A stretch of 64,000 nucleotides of DNA from Mytilus edulis (lineage: Eukaryota). The stretch is from positions 3,286,001-3,350,000 of the forward strand of contig NC_092346.1 of NCBI RefSeq assembly GCF_963676685.1. The letters run 5' to 3'. The notes beneath the pieces are model-generated. The model saw nothing but the letters and a program-made list of their open reading frames with translations, was not told where the DNA came from and searched no databases. Position 1 is the first letter of the stretch; each line of letters starts with the position of its first letter. The translations under genes were made by a program, and so were the position numbers. Shown one piece after another: positions 26,562 through 39,500 of the stretch.

Positions 26562-29500
26562 ATTAAAATGGGTATATTTTTAGGCAAAAATGTTGTCACA
26601 CCCTTCTGTGTTTTTTTTTGCACTGCTCAAGATGCATTCTTATTGACTTTATATAGTTTTGAATTCACATATACATGCACCAAGATACATAAATTTCAAC
26701 AAGCCCTCACGATCCCAGATTCTGAAATGAAGACTCATGCTTAGCAAAACAATATGATTGGCGTTCGTTATAGTTTTTTCATCCGATGTTATGATTTTAA
26801 CAATCAATATGCTCTTAATGTTCAATTACCATGATACTTGTCAAAAGCATCATGATACCTATGGAGCTACCATTTGATATTTAGGGGGGGGGGGGGGGTA
26901 GTGAAGACGAAAAATTTCTTTCTTTCAAAATTTCCATATTGTCAAATTACAAGATCAAGAAGCATATATCTAGAATAAGGGAGGATTAAAGTTGAAAATA
27001 AGGGGTACAGGAACAAGCAAGCATGTGTAGCAGCAACAACAAAAATTATCAATCCTGAAAAAAAAATCCTCCTTTTCTACAGTGGCGTTTTAAATGGCCC
27101 GGCGTATACACACATCTCCTGATGAAAATAAAAATAATAATCTTATAAGCTTGAATAAAAAGAGTGGTGTATGCTCCCAAATGTCACTCACCATTTGGGG
27201 TACATGGGGCTCATAACAACGACCCCCTAAAACCAAAATGATTATAAAGTTGAGATTTATTTTGCTATTCGACTGTCAAAGCCATAGCCTTATATTAAGA
27301 CCAAAATTTCTGGCTACATGGAGACATCTAAGTCTACTATCAATATTAACAGGATATTTTGTATGACAGGAACAGAAGCGGTGACATTGTAGAAGAACAA
27401 AGTATTAACGGTATTTATGTTAAAAATGGTTTTTATTTTCAAATCAAAGGGGGCATATATATGACCTCTATGTCACCGTATTAAGAACTATTTAAAATAT
27501 CACCCTCATTCGTTTTTAATTGAGACAAAATGAATAAAGATAAAAATAAAGAATAGCAATCAGTGTCTATATATATATGTTTAAATTACTGGATGGTCAT
27601 GAAAGTGAACTGGACTGAAAGGCAAAACAATGTGACCTCCAGTCCTCTTATTTTTGACTGATTAAGCAGAGGCGGATCCATGTAACCAATTTTTTTCAGG
27701 CCCAGTCATGGATAAAAGGGGGTGGGTTCTAACCATATGTCCAATTCAAATTCATTGATCATCAAAAAGGTGATTCCAACCCCCTTCCCCCTGGATCCGC
27801 CCGGGCACTATTTAATTGCAAATACTTTGATAATTTCTGTACATTTATTTATTTATTTATTTATTGCATAGCTTTTATATAGCGCCTATCTAATAAACAT
27901 AATACTCTAAGCGCTTAACATATAAAATTGAAGGAACATATATATCACAATGCATTTGCCAACTGTCTTCACTCTTTTTATGAAAGTGAGACAATTGCCA
28001 TACTAAAAGTTTCATTAGAAATATGAATAAAAGGAAATACAAAGTATCATAATGTGGTTAATACGTAAATGAGACCGAAGCTCCCTTCCCCCCACAATAA
28101 TAAAAGAAATTACTGCAAATATTCTGGGACTATAGTCCCAGAAATTTTAGACCTTTCAGAAGACCAGCCAACGTAAACAATGAATCATCCCCCCCCCCCC
28201 CATCCCCGGTAAATATATTTACTAACTGTGATTATAAACAGAATAAATCAACATATGACCATGGAAATATCACACCCAAGTGTCCTTCTGATCCCTGCTG
28301 GTATTTCTATTCTCATTTTACTGTAAAATGAGAATAGATTTGAAAAACCAAAGGCGGATTAGGGGGAAGTGCTTACTGAACAACAAAGATATATTCTCAA
28401 ACGTATTTTATTGAATAAGACCTTTAGCGTAGACTTCAAAATTTCATAATAACTTATGAATATCTGATTCATTTATTCACACAGCCCGGTCACACAGTCA
28501 GTCAGGTTTTAACAGCATCTGTGATTTATTATAAATAGATATCTTTTTCAAATATGGTTTCAATGGTAATTAATTTGGCGATAATTTGTGAATGTCCCTT
28601 AATTTTTGGTTACTTATTCCTTTTCGAATTATTTTTTACAGTCAAAGAAAATATTGTGTTCGTCTAATACCTTTCTCTGCATGTAAAAATGTATAGGTAG
28701 AGGCTATGTTTCGCTCCCCTGTACCAATTTATCCCTTTGAAAGAAAACAGAATTCAAGTTGGGATGCTCTCTATCATGCTTCCTACATAAAACAGTGAAC
28801 ATTATTTTGTTCTGATTAGTGAGTGTATAAATATATTGTTGAAATGGTAATTAAGCCAGTTGCTTAATCATAAGGTCAGGATTGAGTAAGGCTAAGACAC
28901 TGTAAGAGGGTGAAAACTGTTGTAGTACCTGACTTATCAGAGACATGTATTTTTTAAAAGATACATATAATGTATTATACTGCTATGTGTTGTGTGTTAC
29001 AGTCTGTTGAAGTCATGATAGTACATATATTTTTAGTGTTTTGGCCATTCTTTCTTCATTGCAATATTCTAATTGCTCAATACTTTAAAATGGAGGGGGG
29101 GGGGGGGGGGTGGGGGGGTGAACAAGGGAAATAAATCAAATTTATCTAAATATGAGTATACTTTGTAATCAGTTATAGAAACTATTATTTTAAATTAACT
29201 CCCATTGCCTCAGCAGTTACATCTAACCTTAAGTGGAAATGATTCCTTTCAAACAAAAAGATATGGTAAGATGATATTTTCATACTTGTACAAAAAAAAA
29301 TAATGTATGAAACCATTGTTTATTACATCTGCTTGCATAATAATATTGAAGTTGAAACTAACAACGATCACGTGTATCCTGTCAACCCCTGAAAAACATA
29401 ATATTGTCTTCTTGACTACTTCCGCAAACCGTGATTTGATAAAATGATATATTGTTATAGTGTATGTTAATCAAAGACATACATTGTAAATACATGAATG

Positions 29501-30421
29501 TTTCACCTTTTCACATTGATTTTTTTTTATTCATTTAAAAATAAGGAGATGTGGTATGATTGCCAATAAGATTACTTCTGAGTTCAACAGAAAATTTGCA
29601 CATGCATTTTTGAAATTCTAGATTCACATGCATGACTACATTTAATGTGTAAATTTTAAGTTTAATAATACCAGAGACATGTATACATACAATATAGCTT
29701 ATTAAAGGAGGAAAATGTGCTTTATCATTTTATCAGCTTAAAGAGGCTTAGCATGAACAGATAATTTTAACCATTATGCAAATATTCATGTTTTCATATT
29801 TATATGCTGTAACAGTTCTAATTTTTTTGTCAGCTTGTACACTATTTATAAATATACTCTCTAGAAAATAAAAAGCGATGGAAAATAAATTGTGAAAAAC
29901 ATGTTCAATTTGATGTAAAATTCTCTTGAAGTTATAAAATGAGTTTTTTAATATGAGAAAAAAAAGGCTGCGTAACACAAAAATATATAATGAAAACGCA
30001 CGTAAAGCACACGTAAAACATATGTTTTACGTATATATATATGTTTTACGTGCGTTTTTAAAACATACGTTTTACGTACGTGATGTATTACGCCCGTTTC
30101 AAAACGGGCGTAAAACACCCGTTTTGGTACAGGCGTTTAACGCATGTTGGCTAAAACATGCGTTTTCCATACGTAAAACGTACGTTTTACAGACGTTTTT
30201 TTAAAACGTACGTAAAACATGCGTTGCACTTTTTGCTGTGTACAAAAGAAAACTTATAACTTGATTTGCTTCAGACATGTGTATTAAGAATACTTTAACT
30301 GGCATCTAATTTCATGTCACTGTCCAGTTTAAAAAAATATACTTGATAATTATTTATTGTCGGTATGACACCGTTTCTTATCAACCTTTGTTAAATTTTA
30401 TATCTATAAAATAATTCTTAC

Positions 30422-30505
30422 ATATTTAGTTGACTCGGTAGATAGTTTCAAATCCATACGACCAGCATGTCGTCGTCTCTGATAATGCCTGTAGCCAAGC
30501 CTTAC
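30422..30505 (-). CDS. aGPCR exon, helix 8/C-tail (VRLGYRHYQRRRHAGRMDLKLSTESTKY)
   Basis: 84 nt, phase 0; acceptor ttacgcag, followed by a gtaaga donor. Without splicing it reads through to a TAG five codons later. Confidence 0.85.
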
Positions 30506-33500
30506 CTGCGTAATTGATAAATATTTACATATGTTCAAAATAAATAGAAAACAGAAGAAAATACATTTAGTATTTGAAAATATTAGTGATTTTAATGATG
30601 CCTTGTGGTTATATTAGCTATTGTTATTTACTATGTTATTTGGTAACTTTAGAATTTTTTAATTTGCAATCATACTTCATTTTACATTTTCTTTCTAGGA
30701 CGAGTGTCAAATGTGGATCAAACTATTCAAACATCCCAGCTGCACTTGATATTACTCCAGTATTTTCCTTGTACTGCCCAACCTGTTATTGTGTTTAATA
30801 ACCTATATCGCAGATAAATAAACTTCTTACCATCATAATGTTTCAATAACAACAATCTTGTCACATGATTTGTTTTTGTCTATCGATTTATGAGTTATGA
30901 ACATCGGTATACTACTGTTGCCTTTATTCATTATTGATTTTGCCTTTGCAGATTTGTTGATTGGAGCATCACTTATGAGTGTTGTATACGAAATTTCGCA
31001 TGTACTGCAAATCTTAATCCAGATGCACTCTGAATTACACTGCACTTTTGTTTAGTATGTGTTGCTCAGTCTGTTACTAATCTTTTATCTGATAAAGTAA
31101 TGACTTTAAGTGTCCGATTTAAACTACAGACACGCCGACTACTAGACGTATGCTACCAGGATTGGATGGGGGTAAGAATACGGTGGTTGGGAGGATATCC
31201 ACAGTGGCGTTAAACCAGTGGTTGTGAGCAAACTCATCAAAGATGTAGGGATTCAACTTGGGAACACAATAACTAACAGAAACTGTAAAAAAGATGCATA
31301 TCCATGTCAGGCATTTTCCGACAAATATGTAGGGTTTATCCTAGTTAGCTAGCTGTGACGGAATTGTCCCCCTTAGAACATGATGTAGATACTTAGTCAG
31401 CCATGAGTAGTTGAGCTAAGGAAGTACTTCTTAAGATCAGTCGATAAATGCGCTTGCCTTGTAACACAGAGTTCTCGCGAGTAGAGACATGCGACTTTGC
31501 AAAAATAATCATGCTCTCCGGTTACATTGGCGCCCAACTAAAAAAATATGGAGGTTAGAGGGGGAATCTTGCAAGTGTACTTTTGTGTGAGAGTCATAAT
31601 TGGTATAATGACTATTGAGGTGGGGGAAGTGTGACGGGATTGCTTCCCTTAAAACATGTGGTAGTTAAGTAGTTAGCCGTAAGCGGGTGAGCTAGGGAAG
31701 TACTTCTTTAGCTCAGTCGGTTTAAGCGCTGGCTTGTAATACAGAGGTCCCGGGTACCAGTCCCAGTGGAGACATACGATTTTGCAAGTAGAATCATGCT
31801 CTCCAGTTACATAGCGAAAAATAACTGGTATTTCGTTCATTGATTATTTTCTTATTGCGTGTGGTGAAAGTTGGACTGTATTTGTTTGTGGGTATTGGAT
31901 TGATAATAGCTCGTGTAAATGTTTGCTTTTCCTTCGTTTCGTTGTATTCTGTCAAAATGATACATACCTGCTCATTCAAGAAACAGTGGAACAGGCATAT
32001 GAAAAGACCCTGTTTAAAGATACATATATATCAACCAATACAAATAGATTAAACACTAACAATTGAAAAAAAAAAATAATTAGTAATAACATGTTCCGAG
32101 ATCGCTGACATTGTCTTCTTTATTGACTTATTGCGTATTAAATATACAAATATTAGCATTAAGTATGCTAGACGAGCATTTTCTCAAAATCAGATTTATT
32201 TATTGCAATCGAACCGAAGGAGCTGGGAAGTCAAATTTAAAAATACGCAGCTCGAAACTTTTGATTACATAGTCTTAAAAATAGCCGTGAAAATTGAATC
32301 ATGTCATAATTACTTCAAACTTTAAGTTGGTTGAGTATGATATAATTGCAAGTTACAAAGAAACACATTATTACCGGTTTAACCATTTTCGTGATGTCCA
32401 ATGCAATATCTTTTAAAAAAAATTGTTTAAAGAGTTATTTTTAATCAGACACATATCTCTGTTAACAATAGTTAATAGACATTGATCATTCAACCTGTCT
32501 GAGACATTGTTGTTATAAAGTTTTGAATAATGTTTTATAAAATCAAGAAGTATCAATACGAGATTGCTTGCAAGGTAGATTTCCATAGCATTAATTTTAT
32601 TAAAAGGCATTTTTTTTTAATTTTAAAAGAGTTTATTTGTACTGATGATCGACATTTTACAAAACATTGCTTATATAAAAATCTTACATATATAAGTTTG
32701 AAAAACAGAGCACTTAAAATGCAGTTTTTCATATGCCTGATATTCTTAAAAAGGATGAAAGACACTGATTTTATACAAATATCCGGAGCTTATATTTATC
32801 TTTGCTAAAACTCTGACAAGAACGATGCATGTATTACAAAGCAATTTTCAATATAGTGTTTTGTTTACAAAGGCATCACTCTTACAAAAAAGACTACCTA
32901 ATGTGAACCATTTCTCTCTGGCAACTTCGCAGTAACGCTTTTATATCGAGTGTTTATCTTCGATTTGAGACGATTTTATCGAGCATTCGTTTTGTAATAT
33001 CGTTTCCTGCACAGATAGTTGCTATTTTTAGTGAAACTAGATCAATTTCACAATGTTGCTTAGCCGTTAGTTTTTCTTTGCTTTTGTGCCAAATGATTTT
33101 CTTTTGGTATTTTTTTGCTTGTATTTCTTTTGTGTTGCTATTCTGTCTTCAACCTATGCTTATTCATATTTCTGTGGTGATTTCAATCTATTTGGTACAC
33201 TAAATTATCGAAATCAAAAGCTTCCTGTTAAATTTTGTTATGCTTTAATATCCGATTGCCATGTGATTATGAACTTTCCGATTGGATTTTCTCTGAGTTC
33301 TGTATGTTTGTGATTTTACTTTTTACAATTTTTTTTTCAGATGCTTGCATTTAGTTTTGATAACTTCGTAAATGATTTTGTCTAGGGGATAAATAAATTT
33401 GATATAGTGTACCTGGAGAGAATTGCAAATTGCAAAAAGGTATTGGAACATGACCAAATCATCGTTCAAAGAAAATGCTCCCAGCACCCAAGTTACACCA

Positions 33501-36500
33501 AACAACGGCAAAATGACACAAATACTTTTTAAACCAGTCCTATCAAAAGACAAGATGCATGTATTATTACAAATACATATAAAGTATATATTTCTCAGGT
33601 AAGACGATAAGCTGGAGCGTGTATTGCTTACCTGGTATGTACGTCCATGAACAGCACGGTATGTGTCTCCTGTTGAAAAAAGCAATCCAAAGAATATGCA
33701 TTTATTCCGTTTTCGCTAGGGTTCGTGTTTTCCAGGTTGTAGTGTCCTACGTATTATTTTTTAATTCGTCCGTTTGTCGTTGTATATCACTTTTTATCAT
33801 GACACTACATTTTAAAGTTTTGGGTTTAAATGTCCCGGAGGCTTTATTCTTTCTCTTTTGGAATCAATTAAGTTTTAAAAAGACACCAGTAGACGAAATA
33901 CATATATGTATAAAGCACAAAGTTCTGAACTACGATAAACTAGACTCTTTTAAAATTTCGAGCCAATCGAGGTAGAAATAACAACAGTTAACTTTATTCG
34001 TGTTTTTAAAAAAAATCTTGCATTTAAATATGTGCTTTTGCATGTTTATTCAGAGCGATAACGGTAAAGCCAAGTGACTGTGATAACATGCTGTATCCTT
34101 ACGTGCAGTGCAGACCAAGTAATGTTTGAGATGCAACGTATTGTCTTTTAAGTTTTCAAAGACAGTTAATGCAATTACTGCGTGCATTTATTATTGGGAT
34201 TCTAAAATGACAGAGGAAAAGTTTCATACTACTTTGGGTGTTAGAGAATAATCATTTAAGTATTTTCTAATTTAACAGTTTCATGTTCTCTTTTTTGGAC
34301 GATAACTTTTTGTCATTAAAAACCGTTTTACTATTTGCTTTTAAATGTTGATGACTACTGGCATATGCCAAAAACGCATTAAATTGGTTGTTTTCTTCCT
34401 TCGTAAGCAATATTCAGATGCGATCTATGTTTGAGTAGTAATAAGACATTCACATGTAATCAGTTTCAATACATCGAAGTCTTTTCATCAATATGATAAT
34501 TACAACATAAAGGTACAAATAATATATGTTGACAAAATGATTACCAATAACACACTTACTTATATTTCGTTTGAAGTGTTTTAGCAGCTAACCCTGTACT
34601 GGTCAATATTTTATACACCGTAATGATGATAATAATTAGATTAATCTGGAATAGACAATGTGAAAATATACATAGTTAATTAAAAATCCATTACGAATAA
34701 AAATAAAATACCTTCTGATGCTAATTTGACTTTTTGTTCGATTTTAATGTTGTTTTGCTCATCTCTATACCTCATTTTCATTGCCCCCTAGGCATCCGCC
34801 TACTTTTAACAATTTTTTATAGAAACATGTTTTGTTTTCAATTTGAGTTATTGCAGACGATAGAGTTGTAACTCCAAATAATAATAGCTTAGAGTGAATG
34901 AATAAATTATTGCAAAAGGGAAGCTCGGTAACTGAATACATTTACGTCTTACGTAAAAACAAAGTGTTTTCATATTTTTTTCATGGTGTAATTGCAAACA
35001 AGTTTTAAGCATTTCAATTCTTAAGCATATGAAATTATCAAATGCTGCGTTTATGGCTACGTTTATTATTTTTTCTTGCATAAAAGCCTAATATATCAAC
35101 ATTTATGACACATTTAAATGTACAAAAGCAGGAAAAATATCAATACAAAGCTATTGTTACTGCAGACATACAGCACACCGAAAAATAAAAAAAATATCGG
35201 TCTGTTCAAGCATTTTTGTGGAATTAAATGATCAAATTATATATTGATTCTTTTCATTTACTCTGGACAAAAGTTTTCGACAGTAAACATCATCCGCTGA
35301 TTTACATTTGAAAAATATCATTGTAACCCTGCTGAACAATAGTTTTTAAAATTTCTACCAGAAAATAGAAAATACTCAACCTTTTGAATGCTTCAATCTA
35401 TATGTTCTTCCCTTAGTATCTTTTAGTGCATTTATGTTTGTTTTGTATTACTATCTTTACATTATTTTTGTTCTTCTTTCATTTATTAGGAGAGATCTTA
35501 ATAATGTTATATATTGTATACAAACGAACTGTTGAACCAAAAAATAATAACGGATATTAAAGGTTAAAACTAGAATCAAAGAAAAAATGACAATTACACA
35601 TTTAATAATTGATCATAATATTCTTTGATTTGTTTTCTTATTGTCATGAAATACATACCAAACTAACAAGTAGTGCTGGTCCAATGAATGCCCAGATGAG
35701 ATTTGACTCAAGGGTTAACCAACAACTGAAACAATTTAAGCAATCATCTTGATAGTTATCATATATATATATATTACGTTTTTCTTCTGATTTGTAAATG
35801 TCCAGAACATGCACACTACAAATACATCAAGAATGCCCATCTAGCATTTGTTTGTTCAGTGCGATTTGCATTCACATTGTAAAAGAGGGACAGAAAATAC
35901 CAAAAGGGACAGTCAAATTGTTACACATTTGTTTTTCGTTCTTTTTTTTTACATAAATAAGGCCGTTAGTTTTCTCGTTTGAATTATTTGACATTGTCTT
36001 ATCGAAGCCTTTTATAGCTGACTATGCGATATGGGCTTTGCTCATTGTTGAAGGCTGTACGGTGACCTATAGTTGATAATGTCTGTGTTATTCTTGTCTT
36101 TTGTGGATAGTTGTCACATTGGCAATCATACCACATCTTCTTTTTTATAAACTCATATTATATAGAAAATAAAACAATGACAACGTCATGTCTTAAAATA
36201 AATAGGCAACCAGACAAATAATAGCACAGAAGACAGAACATAGAAAACTAAAGACGTGGCAACACGAAACCCACCAAAACCTGGGGATGATGTCAGGTGC
36301 TTCGGAAGAGTAAGCATATCATGCTCCACATGTGGCATCCATCGCATATCATTAGTCAGGGACTTAGTAGTTGTTGTGTGACTGACACAAATTCTAAACT
36401 AATTCACAGTCGATTAGATTAATAAGTCAAAGATTAAGGTACAGGTACAAGTCAGATAAAAAACAATATTAATTGATCATGTTCCAAATGGTTAAAGCAT

Positions 36501-39500
36501 TAGCACAGAGAACATCACAAAAAAGACCAATTCACAATTCATTAGCAAAAGACAAATTAATATTGAAAACGGCCAAGTGTTAAAACGATAAATCGCAAAA
36601 CTAATGAATGACATTTTAATGTTGTTGAATTGATGTTTTAAGACAAAAGTAGTACCACTGTTGAAAAGTCATACATCAATTGAACTGCAACAAAAACAAA
36701 CGTCAATGCAATATACATAGAAACGAACTATTAGATAACAACAGCTAAATTTCTGACTTGGAACAGGACATTTTGGTATCAATGGTGGGTTGAACCTGGT
36801 TTAATGACTATCGAAATCTTCCGCTTTTGACATTGTTAATAATTCCGCTTAAATGACAAGATTTCATGACAGGAATACATGCTTTATCTATAACAGAAAC
36901 TAAAGTTTGCGTGCAATAAATTCCAACATTGCACTAGTGCAATAAATCTTCAAAATGCTTGACGTCATCAACGACGAAATCTTAGTTTAAACCAAGTTTT
37001 ACTTTCAAATATTATATTGCTATACAATAAAAGGGTTATTGCATGAATATTGGGGAATATTGTCCCTCGTAGAACATATATTGTACTTGCAAGCTCGTGC
37101 AATATAAAATTCTACTCGGGGACAATATTCCCCAATACTCATGCAATTACCCTATATTAGCTAACTATGTGAGTTTTTCTCCTTAATCAAAATGTGTCAA
37201 ACAAATATATCATGTGCATATAGTTGCTGTTTACTAAAATCATAAAAAAATAAAAAGTAAAATCTCAAAAATACTGAAATCCGAGGAAAATTAAAAAAAG
37301 GAAAGTTCCTAATCAATCAACTTAAGAATTTTTACTTTTACTTTCCAATAAAAAATTTAAAAAAATATAATTCAAACTACTAACGAAAATAAACAAAACA
37401 ATATCAATGATAATTAAAAGCTATTTGTTCAGAGAACAATTGAAGGTCTTTCCAATACCAACAATATATTTTGTTCTGAATCAAAATTCAGTTTAAAATG
37501 TTAGTTCCTATTGCTTAATGATATATACATATGAATTTAAAGCAAAGGTCAAAATCTAGAACGTCCAATCAACCAATGACCTTGACCTTAATTTCAAGGT
37601 CATAAACAAAGGACCTCACATCCAAGGACCATTGGTCATTATATATGTATTGTTAATGAGTTATATCTCTTTACGAATAAGTCTTAATGTAAAATGGACG
37701 AAAACTCTAATAATATTTTTGAAAGTAAGTCAAAATAAGTCAAAATAAAAATTTAGAAAATGACCTTCAACCTTTGACCTTGACCTTTTTTTCATTTTGT
37801 TAACCAAGGACCTTAAATTAAAGGACCCTAGGTCTCCATCACTTATGGTTTATAAGATAATAATGCACATCCTTTATATTAAATGCATAATGGGAAATAA
37901 CTCTCATATGGAGTGTTCATATCGCTTCGATAAAAATAGGGAAAATCATGTATATAACGAGCAATTTTATAAAATAAATTTGTCGCGTTCTTTTACGGTT
38001 ACGGAGGAGATTTAGTCACAAGGAAAATAGTATTCGGGGAGATAACTTCTACACTGAAAAGTTTTTGGTTTAGAATGGGTGATAACAAAAAGCGCAAAAA
38101 CTGTATGATACTATATAAGAAATATCTTGGCGACATATTGCAAATCAAAAATTGTACTCGAGAACAAAATTTGTGGAAGAAAATCAGAACAAATACAATA
38201 AATACAAAAGGTCTCTCCACAGAAAAGTGGAAAGTGGAAAGAACTAATAACAAATAAAACATCAAAACTAAATACATGACGGTTGGATAAACAAATACAC
38301 GTCTTATAGCAATGCGAATTCAGTCATATAAAAATGTTCTTGGGGGAATAGGTCACGTTCGGTACGTAAACCCAGACGACATAAATGGTAATCCACTATC
38401 TAAGACGTGTTAAAAATGTCCTTAGTTTGTTTAGACACAGTCATGTCGTATTGATCAACCATTGTAATACAAAATATAACAAAGAAAACTTATATGTTTC
38501 TCTGCTTATCCTTTTATTTATCAATCATATTTTATTTGATAATGAAGTTGTTAATACGTACAATTGATGATTGCCATATCCTTTCAGTCCTGTCGTACCT
38601 GCTGAAACTCCAACAATAACAGCAGGAATAACTGGAATAAAGAAGTAATCCCTTTCTATCAATCAAAGCCTATGTACATGAACCAACGTAATACGCCCAA
38701 TAAAACAGTTAGATTATATCTCTCCTGCAATGACTTGTAACTATAGTAACGATATAATCTCAGATGTTTTCTATTTACCTTAAATATATGATTGTTTGCA
38801 GTATACTTTCATTCCTCGTTGCAACAAGATAAAACAATAATAGCTTGACAAATCACAAAAACTATTTTGTTCTATTAATTAAGATAAAACAAATTCGTTG
38901 ACAATATAAAAAACAAACAGGCTTTTCAGAAACTTACTTTATTCAGAAGCCTACTTTATTCTTTAGACTTTCAGTTTGAAGTTTTGCTACACGTAGGGTT
39001 TTATACTTACTCCAACATGCTGGTATCAGCTTACGGATAATAGATCCTTTGTTAAAAATTATGACTACCATTCTCACTATCTGGATACCCTGAGCCAACA
39101 TTAGTGCAAAGTCTGTCAGGAACAGATAATGCAAAACAATTGCAATCGCTGAACAAACAACCTTAAAACGATATATAGCAAAGCATAACACACAATATAA
39201 ATATGTGGCAATTATGTGTGAGCAGTTAAACTAAAACAATACCAGTTGATTTTATAATTGTATATCTTTATTCATAGATTTGATTTAATTTTCCTTTTTT
39301 TGTTGATTATGACGTTTCAAAATGTTGATGACTACCTCTATAAAGTATAGATTGTAGTTTAAAAATTGAACCCTATATCATATAAATTGTCATTTTGAAT
39401 TATAGTTCAAAAAGGTAAACCATACGTTGCAATTATAGTTTCTTGCTGGCGTACACATTTCAATCTTGGCATCTTTGGTATTAAAACGATCAAATCCAGT

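Larger units (their letters stand above)
11472..30240. mobile_element. Large non-autonomous TIR DNA transposon, CACTA/EnSpm(CMC)-like, ~18.8 kb including nested insertions
   Basis: Termini CACAGCAAAAATTGCA and TGCACTTTTTGCTGTG (15/16 inverted match), TA on both flanks, and dense subterminal CGTTTTACG/CGTAAAACG repeats at both ends (11480-11830, 29970-30225). Confidence 0.72.

Noticed and set aside
31702-31774. Functional tRNA-Thr gene
   Set aside because: The acceptor stem is mismatched, the T-loop is TACCAGT, the anticodon stem has a deletion, and the sequence lies inside an LTR.
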